Source of the DNA: Squalus acanthias
Taxonomy: Eukaryota
Direction: 5' to 3'
Assembly: GCA_030390025.1 (NCBI GenBank)
Contig: JASTWF010000330.1
Location: 248,001 to 312,000 of the forward strand
DNA: 64,000 nt
A model generated the notes under the pieces. It was not told the origin of the DNA. It worked only from the letters and a program-made list of their open reading frames with translations, and searched no databases. The position numbers and the translations under genes are program-made. Below are positions 46,455 to 59,400 of the stretch, piece after piece (within the stretch, counting starts at the first letter, position 1; each line of letters opens with the position of its first letter).

Positions 46455-48713
46455 GTCTCACACACACTCTCTCACTCACTCTTTTTCTCTCACACTCTCT
46501 CTCTCATGCTCTGTCTGTCTCTCTCTCTCTCACACACACTCTGTCTGTCTGTCCCTCTCTGTCTCTGTCTGTCTCACTCTCTCACACACACCCTAACTCA
46601 CACTGTCTCCGTCTCTCTGTCTCCCCCTCTCCCCCTCTCTCCGTCAGCCCATCCCCCTCTGTCCCTCTCTCACTCTCTCTCTCTCACCCTCTGTCGCTTT
46701 ATCTGTCTCTCTCTCACACTCACTCTCTCTCTCTGTGTCTGTCTGACTCTGTCTCTTTCTCGCTCACTTGCTCTCTGTCACTCTCACATTCTCTCTTTCT
46801 CACACTCTCTCACCCTCTCTCTCACTCTCTCTCTCTCTTACACTCTCTCTCTGTCTGTCACTCTCACCCTCTGTCGCTTTATCTCTCTCTCTCACTCACA
46901 CTGTCTGTCTCTGTCTGTCTCACATTCTCTATCTCTCTCACACTTACTCTCTCTCACACTCTCTCTCTCACACACACTATCTCACACTCTCTCTCTCTCT
47001 CTCTCTCCGTTTCTGTCTGTCTGCCTCTCTCCGTGTGTGTCCCTCTCTCTCTGTCTGCCTCTCACACACTCTCTCTCTCTCTCTCACATGCTCTGTGTCT
47101 CTCTGTCTGTCTCTCTCTGTCTCTCACACTGTCTCTCTCACTCTCTCTCACACTTTCTCTCTATTTCTGTCTGTCGCACTCCCTCTGTGTGTGTCTCTCA
47201 CACTCTCTCTCACTCTCACTGTCTCTCTCTGACACTTTCTCACACTCTCTCTCTCTGTCTCTGTTTCTCTCTGCCTCTCTCTCCCTCTGTGTGTTCCTCT
47301 CTCTCTCTCTGTCTGTCTCTCTCGCAGTCTCTCTCACTCTCTCTCTGTCTGATACTCTGTCTCTTTCTCTCTCTCACACACGCTCTCTCTATCGCTGTCT
47401 CTGTCTGTCTGTCTATCTATCTCTCTCTCGCTCTGTCTCTTTCACACACTCTCTCTCTGTCTCTGTCTCTTTCTCTGTCTGTCTCTCTCACACACACACA
47501 CACTGTGTCTCTCTGTCTCTCTCTCACTCTCTGTCTCTTTCTCTCTGTCTCACACTCATTCACGCTGTCTCTCACTCTCTCACACCTCTGTCTCTCTCTC
47601 TCTCTCGCACACTCTGTCTGTCTGCCTCTCACACACACTCTGTCTCTTTCTGTCTCACACACACTCTCTGTCTCTCTCTCTCACACCCTCTCTGTCTGTG
47701 TCTGTCTGTCTCTCTGTCTCTCTCTCACACACTCACTCTCTCTCTCACTGTCTCTCTCTCTCACTCTCTGTCCCTCTCTCTCTTTCTCTGTTTGTGTCTC
47801 TCTCTCTCACAGTCTCTCTCTCACACACACTGTCTCTCTCTCACACTCTCTTTCCCACACACTCTCTCCCACACACTCTGTCTATCTCTGTCTCTCTCAC
47901 ACTCTGTCTGTCTGTCTCTCACACACACTCTTTCTCCCACGCACTGTCTCTCTCTCACACTGTCTCTCACTCCCTTTCTCTCTCACTCTCTGTCTCTCTC
48001 ACACTCTGTCTGTCTATCTCACATTCTCTCTTTCTCACTCTGACTGTCTCTCACACTCTTTCTCACTCTCTCTCTGACTCTGTCTCACTCTCTCTCTCTC
48101 ACACTCTGACTCTCTGTCTCTCACACTCTCTCTCTTACACTCTCTGACTCACTCTCTCTCTTTCTCACTCCATCACACACACACACACACACACTCTCTC
48201 TCTCTCCCACACACACACTCTCTCTCTGTCTATATCTCTCTCTCTGTCTGTCTCTCTCACACACTCTCTGTCTCTTACTGTTTGTCTCTCTCTCTCTGTG
48301 TCTCTGTCTCTCTCTCACTTTCTCTCTGTCTCCGACTGTTTGTCTGTCTGTGTCCTTCTCTCTGTCTCTCACACTGTCTGTCTGTCTGTTTGTGTCTCTC
48401 TCTCTCTCTCTCTCTGTCTCTCTCACTGTCTCTGTCTCTCACTCTCTGTCTCTCTCTCGCTGTCTGTGTCTCTCTCTCACACGCTGTCTCTCGCACTCTC
48501 TCTCGCTCACACTCTCACTCTCTGTCTCTCGGTCTCTCTCTCACGCTGTCTCTCTCTCACTCTGTCTCACTCTCTCTCTCACTGTCCCTCACTCACACGC
48601 TCTCTCTCACTTTCTCTGTCTCTCTCTCACACCTCTCTGTTTCTGTCTGTCTCTCTCTCTCTTCCTCCCTTTCTGTGTGTGTGTCACTCTCTGTCTCTCT
48701 CTCACACACACTC

Positions 48714-48745
<32 letters not shown>

Positions 48746-49919
48746 GCTCTCTGCCTGTCTCTCTTTTTCGCTCTGTCTCTCTCACACACACACTCTCTCT
48801 GTCTCTGTCTCTCTCACACTCTGTCTCTCTCTCACACTCTCTCTCTCTGTCTCTCTCTAACTCTCTGTCTCTCACTCACACTCTCTCTCTCTCGCTCACA
48901 CACTCACTCTCTCACAACTCTGTCTCTCTCTGTTTCTGTCTGTCTCTCTTACACGCTGTCTCACTCTCTCACGCACACTCTCTCACTCTCTTTCTCTCAC
49001 TCTCTCTCTATCTCTCTCACATGCTGTCTCTCTCTCATACACCCCACTGTCTCTCTCTGTTTCTGTCTGTCTGTCACTGTCTCTGTCTCTCTCTCTCTTT
49101 CTCTGTGTGCGTCTCTCTTTCTCTCTCTCTCTCTGTGGCTGTCTCACTGACTCTTTCTCTCTGTCTCTGTCTCCCTCTGTCTGTCTCTCTCTCACACACA
49201 CACTCTCTCTCTGTCTCCCTCACACTCTGTCTCTCTCACACTCACACACTTTCTCTCTGTCTCTCTCACACACTTCTCTCTCTGTCTGTCTCTCTCTCTC
49301 TGTCGCTGTCTCTCTCTCTCTCTCACACACACACTTTATCTGTGTCTGTCTGTCTCTTTCATCCTCTCTTTCTCTCTCACACGCTGTCTCTCTCACACTC
49401 TCTCTCTTGCTCTGTCTCTCACATGCTGTCTCTCTCACTCTCTGTCTCTCTGTGTCGCTCTCTCTCACACACTGTCTGTCTCTGCCTCTCTGTCTGTCTC
49501 TGTCTCTCTCTCACTCTTTGTCTCAATCTGTCTGTCTCTCTCACACTCTGTCTGTCTGTCTCTCTCTCTCTCTCTGGCTGTCTCACTCTTTCTCTCTGTC
49601 TCTCTCTCTCACACACTGTGTCTCTCTGTCTGTCTCTCACACGCTCTCTCTGTAACTGTCTATCTCTCTCTCGCCCTGTCTCTCTCTCACACACGCTCTC
49701 TCTCTAACTCTGTCTGTCTCTCTCGCTCTGTCTCTCTCTCACACTCCCCGTCTCTCTCTCTCGGCCCCTCTCTCTGTCCCTCTCTCACGCTCTCCCTTTG
49801 TCTCTCTCTCTCTCTGTCGCTCTCTCTCTCCCTCTCACTGTCTGTCTCTTTCTGTATCTCTGTTTCTCTCTCCCTTTTTCTCTCTCTCTCGGTCCCTCTC
49901 TCTGTCTCTCTCACACACA

Positions 49920-49953
<34 letters not shown>

Positions 49954-50108
49954 GTCACACACTCTCTCTGTCTCTCTCTCTCTCTCTCTGTCTGTCTGTC
50001 TGTCTCTCTCTCGGCCCTTCTCTCTCTGTCCCTCTCTCACGCTCTCCCTTTGTCTCTCTCTCTCTCGGTCCCTCTCTCTCTGTCTCTCTCTCTCACACAT
50101 ACGCGCTC

Positions 50109-50141
<33 letters not shown>

Positions 50142-50850
50142 CGCTCTGTCTCTCTCACACAAACACACTCTGTCTCGCTCTGTCTCTCTCTCCCTCACAC
50201 ACTGTCTCTCTTGCTCTGTCTGTGTCTCTCTTTCACACACTTGTCTCTCACACTCTGTCTCTCTCTCACACACTCTCTAACTCTCTATCACTCTCTCTCG
50301 CTCTGTCTCTCACTCTCTCTCACACACTATCTGTCTCTCTCTCTCTGTAACTCTCTCTCTCTCGCTATGTCTCTCACACACACACACTCTCTCTCTCTAA
50401 CTGTCTGTCTCGCTCTGTCTCTCTCTCACACTCTCTCTCTCTCTCTCTCTCAAACTCTCCATCTCTCTCTCTCTCTCTGCCCCTCTCTCTCTCCCTCTCA
50501 CTATCTCTTTCTGTATCTCTGTTTCTCTTTCCCTTTGTCTATCTCTGTCCCTCTCTCTCTCTGTCTGTCTGTCACTGTCACACACTCTGTCCCTCTCTTC
50601 CCGTCTCTCTCTCTCTTTCTCTCCCCGTCTCGCTCTCCGCCCATCTCTCTCTCTCCCTCTCCCCCATCTCTCCGTCTCTCTCTCGCTCTCAACCCGTCTC
50701 TCTCTCGCTCTCAACCCGTCTCTCTCTCGCTCTCAACCCGTCTCTCTCTCGCTCTCAACCCGTCTCTCTCTCGCTCTCAACCCGTCTCTCTCTCGCTCTC
50801 AACCCGTCTCTCTCTCGCTCTCAACCCGTCTCTCTCTCGCTCTCCCTCTC
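46455..50850. repeat. Degenerate (CT)/(CA)/(CTGT) simple-repeat tract
   Basis: About 4.4 kb of pyrimidine-rich low-complexity sequence, ending in a ~22-bp unit (cgctctcaacccgtctctctct). Confidence 0.95.
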
Positions 50851-51354
50851 ATAGAGACATAGAATCATAGAGTTACACAGCACAGAAAGAGGCCCTTCGG
50901 CCCATCGTGTCCGCGCCGGCCATCAAGCCCTGTCTATTCTAATCCCATTTTCCAGCACTTGGTCCGTAGCCTTGTATGCTATGGCGTTTCAAGTGCTGAT
51001 CTAAATGCTGCTTGAATGTTGTGGGGGTTCCTGCCTCTACCACTGTTTCAGGCAGTGAGTTCCAGATTCCAACCACCCTCTGGGTGAAAAAGTTCTTCCT
51101 CAAATCCCCTCTAATACTCCTGCCCCTTACCTTGAAACTATGCCCCCTGGTTATTGACCCCTCTACTAAGGGAAAAGTTTCTTTCTATCTACCCTATCTA
51201 TGCCCCTCATAATCTTGTACACCTCAATCAGGTCCCCCCCTCAGCCTTCTCTGCTCTGAGGAAAACAACCCCAGCCTGTCCAGTCTCTCTTCATAGTTGA
51301 AGCGCTCCAGCCCAGGTAACATCCTGGTGAATCTCCTCTGCACCCTCTCCAATG
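50850..51354 (-). mobile_element. CR1 3' fragment
   Basis: Same subfamily 3' end as 56500-57270 and 62165-62845. Confidence 0.9.
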
Positions 51355-51401
51355 TGAGAGTGTGAGAGAGAGGGGGAGTGTGAGTGAGAGGGGGAGTGTG
51401 A

Positions 51402-51901
51402 NNNNNNNNNNNNNNNNNNNNNNNNNNNNNNNNNNNNNNNNNNNNNNNNNNNNNNNNNNNNNNNNNNNNNNNNNNNNNNNNNNNNNNNNNNNNNNNNNNN
51501 NNNNNNNNNNNNNNNNNNNNNNNNNNNNNNNNNNNNNNNNNNNNNNNNNNNNNNNNNNNNNNNNNNNNNNNNNNNNNNNNNNNNNNNNNNNNNNNNNNNN
51601 NNNNNNNNNNNNNNNNNNNNNNNNNNNNNNNNNNNNNNNNNNNNNNNNNNNNNNNNNNNNNNNNNNNNNNNNNNNNNNNNNNNNNNNNNNNNNNNNNNNN
51701 NNNNNNNNNNNNNNNNNNNNNNNNNNNNNNNNNNNNNNNNNNNNNNNNNNNNNNNNNNNNNNNNNNNNNNNNNNNNNNNNNNNNNNNNNNNNNNNNNNNN
51801 NNNNNNNNNNNNNNNNNNNNNNNNNNNNNNNNNNNNNNNNNNNNNNNNNNNNNNNNNNNNNNNNNNNNNNNNNNNNNNNNNNNNNNNNNNNNNNNNNNNN
51901 N
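51402..51901. other. Assembly gap (500 N)
   Basis: Exactly 500 N, a round placeholder length. Confidence 0.99.
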
Positions 51902-51955
51902 CTTTCCCCCTCTCTATCCCCCCCCCGCCTGCTCGCCCCCTCTCCCTCTCTTTTC

Positions 51956-51999
<44 letters not shown>

Positions 52000-52234
52000 C
52001 CTCTATCCCCCCCCCCCCGGCCCGCTCGCCCCCTCTCCCTCTCCCTCTCTTCCCCCCGCTCGATCCCTCCCTCCCCTCTCCTCTCCTCTCGCCCCGGCCC
52101 CCTCTCCCACCCCCGGCTCCCTCTTCCCCCTCTCCTCCCCCGACCCCCCCCCCCCTCTCCTCCCTGTACCCCTCTCTCTCCCCCCCCCCCCCCGCCCCCT
52201 CTGCCCCCGCCCCCTCTGCCCCCGCCCGCTCAGT

Positions 52235-54987
52235 CTCTGTCTCTGTGTGTGTGTGTCTCTGTGTGTGTGTGTCTCTGTGTGTGTGTGTCTCTGTGTGTGT
52301 GTGTCTCTGTGTGTGTGTGTCTCTGTGTGTGTGTGTCTCTGTGTGTGTGTGTCTCTGTGTGTGTGTGTCTCTGTGTGTGTGTGTCTCTGTGTGTGTGTGT
52401 CTCTGTGTGTGTGTGTCTCTGTGTGTGTGTGTCTCTGTGTGTGTGTGTCTCTGTGTGTGTGTGTCTCTGTGTGTGTGTGTCTCTGTGTGTGTGTGTCTCT
52501 GTGTGTGTGTGTCTCTGTGTGTGTGTGTCTCTGTGTGTGTGTGTCTCTGTGTGTGTGTGTCTCTGTGTGTGTGTGTCTCTGTGTGTGTGTGTCTCTGTGT
52601 GTGTGTGTCTCTGTGTGTGTGTGTCTCTGTGTGTGTGTGTCTCTGTGTGTGTGTGTCTCTGTGTGTGTGTGTCTCTGTGTGTGTGTGTCTCTGTGTGTGT
52701 GTGTCTCTGTGTGTGTGTGTCTCTGTGTGTGTGTCTCTCTGTGTGTGTGTCTCTCTGTGTGTGTGTCTCTCTGTGTGTGTGTCTCTCTGTGTGTGTGTCT
52801 CTCTGTGTGTGTGTCTCTCTGTGTGTGTGTCTCTCTGTGTGTGTGTCTCTCTGTGTGTGTGTCTCTCTGTGTGTGTGTCTCTCTGTGTGTGTGTCTCTCT
52901 GTGTGTGTGTCTCTCTGTGTGTGTGTCTCTCTGTGTGTGTGTCTCTCTGTGTGTGTGTCTCTCTGTGTGTGTGTCTCTCTGTGTGTGTGTCTCTCTGTGT
53001 GTGTGTCTCTCTGTGTGTGTGTCTCTCTGTGTGTGTGTCTCTCTGTGTGTGTGTCTCTCTGTGTGTGTGTCTCTCTGTGTGTGTGTCTCTCTGTGTGTGT
53101 GTCTCTCTGTGTGTGTGTCTCTCTGTGTGTGTGTCTCTCTGTGTGTGTGTCTCTCTGTGTGTGTGTCTCTCTGTGTGTGTGTCTCTCTGTGTGTGTGTCT
53201 CTCTGTGTGTGTGTCTCTCTGTGTGTGTGTCTCTCTGTGTGTGTGTCTCTCTGTGTGTGTGTCTCTCTGTGTGTGTGTCTCTCTGTGTGTGTGTCTCTCT
53301 GTGTGTGTGTCTCTCTGTGTGTGTGTCTCTCTGTGTGTGTGTCTCTCTGTGTGTGTGTCTCTCTGTGTGTGTGTCTCTCTGTGTGTGTGTCTCTCTGTGT
53401 GTGTGTCTCTGTGTGTGTGTGTCTCTGTGTGTGTGTGTCTCTCTGTGTGTGTGTCTCTGTGTGTGTGTGTCTCTGTGTGTGTGTGTCTCTGTGTGTGTGT
53501 GTCTCTGTGTGTGTGTGTCTCTGTGTGTGTGTGTCTCTGTGTGTGTGTGTCTCTGTGTGTGTGTGTCTCTGTGTGTGTGTGTCTCTGTGTGTGTGTGTCT
53601 CTGTGTGTGTGTGTCTCTGTGTGTGTGTGTCTCTGTGTGTGTGTGTCTCTGTGTGTGTGTGTCTCTGTGTGTGTGTGTCTCTGTGTGTGTGTGTCTCTGT
53701 GTGTGTGTGTCTCTGTGTGTGTGTGTCTCTGTGTGTGTGTGTCTCTGTGTGTGTGTGTCTCTGTGTGTGTGTGTCTCTGTGTGTGTGTGTCTCTGTGTGT
53801 GTGTGTCTCTGTGTGTGTGTGTCTCTGTGTGTGTGTGTCTCTGTGTGTGTGTGTCTCTGTGTGTGTGTGTCTCTGTGTGTGTGTGTCTCTGTGTGTGTGT
53901 GTCTCTGTGTGTGTGTGTCTCTGTGTGTGTGTGTCTCTGTGTGTGTGTGTCTCTGTGTGTGTGTGTCTCTGTGTGTGTGTGTCTCTGTGTGTGTGTGTCT
54001 CTGTGTGTGTGTGTCTCTGTGTGTGTGTGTCTCTGTGTGTGTGTGTCTCTGTGTGTGTGTGTCTCTGTGTGTGTGTGTCTCTGTGTGTGTGTGTCTCTGT
54101 GTGTGTGTGTCTCTGTGTGTGTGTCTCTGTGTGTGTGTCTCTCTGTGTGTGTGTCTCTCTGTGTGTGTGTCTCTGTGTGTGTGTCTCTGTGTGTGTGTCT
54201 CTGTGTGTGTGTCTCTGTGTGTGTGTCTCTGTGTGTGTGTCTCTGTGTGTGTGTCTCTGTGTGTGTGTCTCTGTGTGTGTGTCTCTGTGTGTGTGTCTCT
54301 GTGTGTGTGTCTCTGTGTGTGTGTCTCTGTGTGTGTGTCTCTGTGTGTGTGTCTCTGTGTGTGTGTCTCTGTGTGTGTGTCTCTGTGTGTGTGTCTCTGT
54401 GTGTGTGTCTCTGTGTGTGTGTCTCTGTGTGTGTGTCTCTGTGTGTGTGTCTCTGTGTGTGTGTCTCTGTGTGTGTGTCTCTGTGTGTGTGTCTCTGTGT
54501 GTGTGTCTCTGTGTGTGTGTCTCTGTGTGTGTGTCTCTGTGTGTGTGTCTCTGTGTGTGTGTCTCTGTGTGTCTGTCTCTGTGTGTCTGTCTCTGTGTGT
54601 CTGTCTCTGTGTGTCTGTCTCTGTGTGTCTGTCTCTGTGTGTCTGTCTCTGTGTGTCTGTCTCTGTGTGTCTGTCTCTGTGTGTCTGTCTCTGTGTGTCT
54701 GTCTCTGTGTGTCTGTCTCTGTGTGTCTGTCTCTGTGTGTCTGTCTCTGTGTGTCTGTCTCTGTGTCTCTGTCTCTCTGTCTCTGTCTCTGTGTGTCTGT
54801 CTCTGTGTGTCTGTCTCTGTCTCTCTCTGTCTCTCTCTGTCTGTCTCTGTCTCTCTCTGTCTCTCTCTGTCTGTCTCTCTGTGTGTCTGTCTCTCTGTGT
54901 CTCTCTCTGTCTCTCTCTGTCTGTCTCTGTCTGTCTCTGTCTGTCTCTGTGTGTCTCTGTCTGTCTCTCTCTGTGTGTCTCTCTCTG

Positions 54988-55018
<31 letters not shown>

Positions 55019-55110
55019 GTGTGTCTCTCTCTCTGTGTGTCTCTCTCTGTCTCTCTCTGTGTGTCTCTCTCTCTATGTCCCCTCTCTCACTCTCTCCCTC
55101 CCTCTCTCCC
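52235..55110. repeat. (TG)n/(TC)n compound satellite with 12-14-bp periodicity
   Basis: tctctgtgtgtgtg-type units grading into a polypyrimidine tract. Confidence 0.97.
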
Positions 55111-55114
55111 TCAG

Positions 55115-55208
55115 GTGGGTGATTTACAATGATCAGCAGGTCTGTGCCTCGGAGAAGCCTCCCAAGGACCTAGGCTACATCTACTTCTACCAGAGAGCTG
55201 GGAGCTAA
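55115..55208 (+). CDS. usp5: Ubiquitin carboxyl-terminal hydrolase 5 (isopeptidase T), last coding exon only
   Basis: ccctcag|G TGG..: (R)[30 protein letters not shown]. This matches the recalled USP5 C-terminus ([27 protein letters not shown]) better than USP13 (..SERPPKDLGYMYFYRR). Confidence 0.9.
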
Positions 55209-55312
55209 GGACCATCCGGCCACTTATTTATTGTACAGACCCAGGCCGAATCTCCAGGACTAACAGGCCGCTGGGGGATGTGGGGGGGTGGGGGGAGGGG
55301 TTTAAATTTGGA

Positions 55313-55318
55313 AATAAA
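55313..55318 (+). terminator. Candidate polyadenylation signal for usp5
   Basis: AATAAA about 105 nt after the stop codon. Confidence 0.55.
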
Positions 55319-55402
55319 TTGGTGAGACTCACAAGCAGGTTGCGGGTGCTGGATGTATTATTTCAGGGGAGGGAGAGGGGGAGATGGCCTGGAGTAGCGA
55401 GC

Positions 55403-55598
55403 GGTCCCCAGCGCGGAGGGGAGTTTATACTGGACCGGTCCCCAGCGCAGAGGGGAGTTTATACTGGACCGGTCCCCAGCGCGGAGGGGAGTTTATACTG
55501 GACCGGTCCCCAGCGCGGAGGGGATTTATACTGGACCGGTCCCCAGTGCGGAGGGGAGTTTACACTGGACCGGTCCCCAGCGCGGAGGGGAGTTTGTA
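55403..55598. repeat. 34-bp tandem repeat
   Basis: ggtccccagcgcggaggggagtttatactggacc, 5-6 copies. Confidence 0.92.
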
Positions 55599-55804
55599 CC
55601 AAACCCAACCTCTCCAGCAACTGACTGCCGCGCATCCTCCACCTCACCTCGCTGGGTCCCAGGTAGAGGCTCCACTCCTGAGCCGCAAACGCAGAGCGTG
55701 AAAGGCCCAGGCTCTGTCCTCGGCCTGTGCTGAGTTAGCCTGATCTCAACCGGTGTGGGACTGAGCCACGCACGCACACACACACAGCGCAGGAAAGGCC
55801 CATT

Positions 55805-56160
55805 GATCCTGGTTTCCAAATCCTTCCATGGCCTCCTCCCTCTCTCTCTAACTTCCTCCAGCCCTACAACCCTCCGAGATAGCTGCGCTCCTCCAATTCC
55901 GGTCTCCTGCCCATCCCTGATTTTAATCACCCCACCATTGGTGGCCGTGCCTTCAGCCGCCTGTGGCCCTAAGCTCTGGAATTCCCTCCCTGAACCTCTC
56001 CGCCTCTCTTTCCTCCTTTTAAGGCGCTCCTTTAAAAAAAAAAATCACTAATATCTCCTTGTGTGGCTCGGTGTCAAATTTTGTTTCATAACACTCCTGT
56101 GAATGGCCCAGGGACGTTTTACGACTATGAAAGATGCTCTATAAATGTAAGTTGTTGTTG
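55805..56160 (+). mobile_element. L2-type LINE 3' end
   Basis: cctaagctctggaattccctccc (PKLWNSLP) and tail ctataaatgtaagttgttgttg. Confidence 0.75.
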
Positions 56161-56499
56161 TACAGGTCCAAAGTCACATATTAGCATGCTAGCCTCACCA
56201 CATGCCGTGTTTCCAATGACTCATGTACTGTATCCCCGAGAGCAATCTATCTCATTTGCCTTTCAATGAATCAACACTATCTGCTTCCGCCATCTTCCTA
56301 GGGAGCCTGTTCCACTGATTAACCACTCGCTCACTGAAATGCAGGCCCGAATCTTGCTGGAGTGGGGGTGGGGGGGGGGGGGGCTTCCCATAATGACCTT
56401 TCCCCCATTAATTAGACCTTTCCCCCTCACCCTTCAACCGGGGGGAAAAAAATTGCGCCGGAGCTTGCTGGATGTGCGAGCTGATAATGGGCATCTCGA

Positions 56500-59400
56500 G
56501 TCATAGAGTTATACAGCACAGAAAGAGGCCCTTCGGCCCATCGTGTCCGCGCCGGCCATCAAGCCCTGTCTATTCTAATGCCATTTTCCAGCACTTGGTC
56601 CGTAGCCTTGTATGCTATGGCGTTTCAAGTGCTCATCTCAATGCTTCTTGAATGTTGTGAGGGTTCCTGCCTCTACCACCCTTTCAGGCAGTGAGTTCCA
56701 GATTCCAACCACCCTCTGGGTGAAAAAGTTTTTCCTCAAATCCCCTCTAAACCTCCTGCCCCTTACCTTGAAACTATTCCCCCTGGTTATTGACCCCTCT
56801 ACTAAGGGGAAAAGTTCCTTTCTATCTACCCCTTCATAATTTTGTACACCTCAATCAGGTCCCCTCCTCCGCCGTCTCTGCTCTAAGGAAAACAACCCCA
56901 GCCTGTCCAGTCTCTCTTCATAGCTGAAGCGCTCCAGCCCAGGTAACATCCTGGTGAATCTCCTCTGCACCCTCTCCAATGCAATCACATCCTTCCTATA
57001 GTGTGGCGACCAGAACTGCACACAGTATTCCAGCTGTGGCCTAACTAGCGTTTTGTACAGCTCCATCATAACCTCCCTGCTCTTATATTCTATGCCTCGG
57101 CTAATGAAGGCAAGAATCCCATTAGCATTTTTAACCACCTTATCTACCTGTGCTGCTACCTTCAGGGATCTATGTACATGCACACCAAGGTCCCTCTGAT
57201 CCTCTGTCCTTCCTAGGGTCCTACCATTCATTGTGTATTCCCTTGCCTTGTAAGTCCTCCCAAAATGCACCTGGGGCCTCAGTGAATGATGGGACCAACA
57301 GTCTATCTCCTCAACCAATGAGATTGAAGGATTGAGAAGCAGAGAACGACAGAGAAGGAAATAGGGTGAATTAGAGTCAAATCCGGTAGAGAGGGAGAAT
57401 AGATTTGGATTGAGAGAGAGGGAGAGAGAAAAAGAAAGACTTGCATTTATATAGCGCCTTTCATGACCTCCAGATGTCCCAAAGCACTTTACAGCCAATG
57501 TAATACTTTTGAAGCGTAGTCACTGTTGTAATGTAGGAAACGTGGCAGCCAGTTTGTGCACAGCAAGCTCCCACTTGAGGGAACTGGGGCAAGCTAGCCC
57601 ACCTATCCCTTGACCTATTCCTAATAACCCTGAATCTCATATATTGACCAGAACTTGCTGAGTTCCTTTTAAAAAGAGTCATTTTTGGGATGTGGCCGTC
57701 ACTAGTAAGTCCGGCATTTACTGCCCATTTACTAGTTAGAATAGACATAGAAAAATAGGAGCAGGAGTCGGCCCTTCGAGCCTGCTCCGCCATTCAATAC
57801 AATCATGGCTGATCCTCTATCTCAATACCATATTCCCGCTCTCTCCCCATACCCCTTGATGCCTTTTATGTCTAGAAATCTATCTATCTCCTTCTTAAAT
57901 ATATTCAGTGATTGGGCCTCCACAGCCTTCTGTGGTAGAGAATTCCACAGGTTCACCACCCTCTGAGTGAAGAAATTTCTCCTCATCTCAGTCCTAAATG
58001 TCCTAGCCCGTATCCTGAGACTGTGACCCCTCGTTCTAGACCCCCCAGCCAGGGGAAACATCCTCCCTGCATCCAGTCTGTCGAGCACTGTCAGAATTTT
58101 ATACGTTTCAATGAGATCCCCCTCTCATTCTTCTAAACTCTAGTGAATACAGGCCTAGTCGACCCAATCTCTCCTCATACGACAGTCCTGCCATCCCAGG
58201 AATCAGTCTGGTGAACCTTCGCTGCACTCCCTCTATGGCAAGTATATCCTTTCTTAGGTAAGGAGACCAAAACTGCACACAGTACTCCAGGTGTGGTGAC
58301 ATAGACAGGCTAAGTAAGTGGGCAGAGATTTGGCAGATGGAATACAACACTGGAAAGTGTGAGGTGATGCACTTTGGCAGGAAAAATCCTAGAGCAATTT
58401 ATTATCTTAATGGCAAGAAACTGGAGAGTACTGAAGTGCAAAGGGATCTGGGGGTCCTGGTGCACGAAACTCAAAAGGTTAGTATGCAGGTGCAGCAAGT
58501 GATTAAGAAGGCAAATGGAATGTTGGCTTTCATTGCTAGGGGGATAGAATATAAAAATAGGGAGGTATTGCTTCAGTTGTACAAGGTATTGGTGAGACCG
58601 CACCTGGAATACTGCATACAGTTTTGGTGTCCTTACTTAAGGAAAGACATCCTTGCTCTCGAGGCAGTGCAAAAAAGGTTCACTCGGTTAATCCCGGGGA
58701 TGAGGGGGTGGTCATATGAGGAGAGGTTGGGTAGATTGGGACTCTACTCATTGGAGTTCAGAAGAATGAGAGGCGATCTTATTGAAACATATAAGATTGT
58801 GAAGGGGTTGGATCGGGTGGATGCGGGGAGGATGTTCCCGATGACGGGTGAGACGAGAACTAGGGGACATAGTCTTAGAATAAGGGGCTGCTCTTTCAAA
58901 ACTGAGATGAGGAGGAACTACTTCACTCAGAGGGTGGTAGGTCCATGGAATATGCTGCCACAAAAAGCTGTAGAAGCTACAACATTAATTAAATTTAAAA
59001 CAGAAATAGACAGTTTCCTAGAAGTAAAGGGCATTAAGGGTTACGGGGAGCGGGCAGGAATTTGGACATGAGTCTAGGTTCGGATCGGTCATGGCCCTGT
59101 GGGTAGTGGAGCGGGCCCAGGGACTGTGTAGCCTGATTCTGCTCCTATTTTCTGTGTGCAATTCTGTTAGATGCAGGAGATGGTTCTGTGATAGATAGTA
59201 GATTGGCGGTTAGGATCAGATCAGCCATGATCTTATTGAATGGCGGAGCAGGCTCGAGGGGCCGATTGGCCTACTCCTGCTCCTATTTCTTATGTTATGT
59301 TCTTATGTTCACCAGGGGCCTTGTATAACTGTAGTAAGACATCCTTGCTCCTGTCTCAAATCCTCTTGCAGTGAAGGCCAACGTACCATTTGCCTTCCTA

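Noticed and set aside
46424..55132. Very long LS/CV-repeat ORFs (up to 1256 aa)
   Set aside because: Dinucleotide-type simple repeats and an N gap; only 55115-55208 is real coding sequence.
55115..55208. Assignment to USP13
   Set aside because: [13 protein letters not shown] and NDQ match USP5 rather than USP13 (SERPP, GYMYFYRR, NDH), as recalled.
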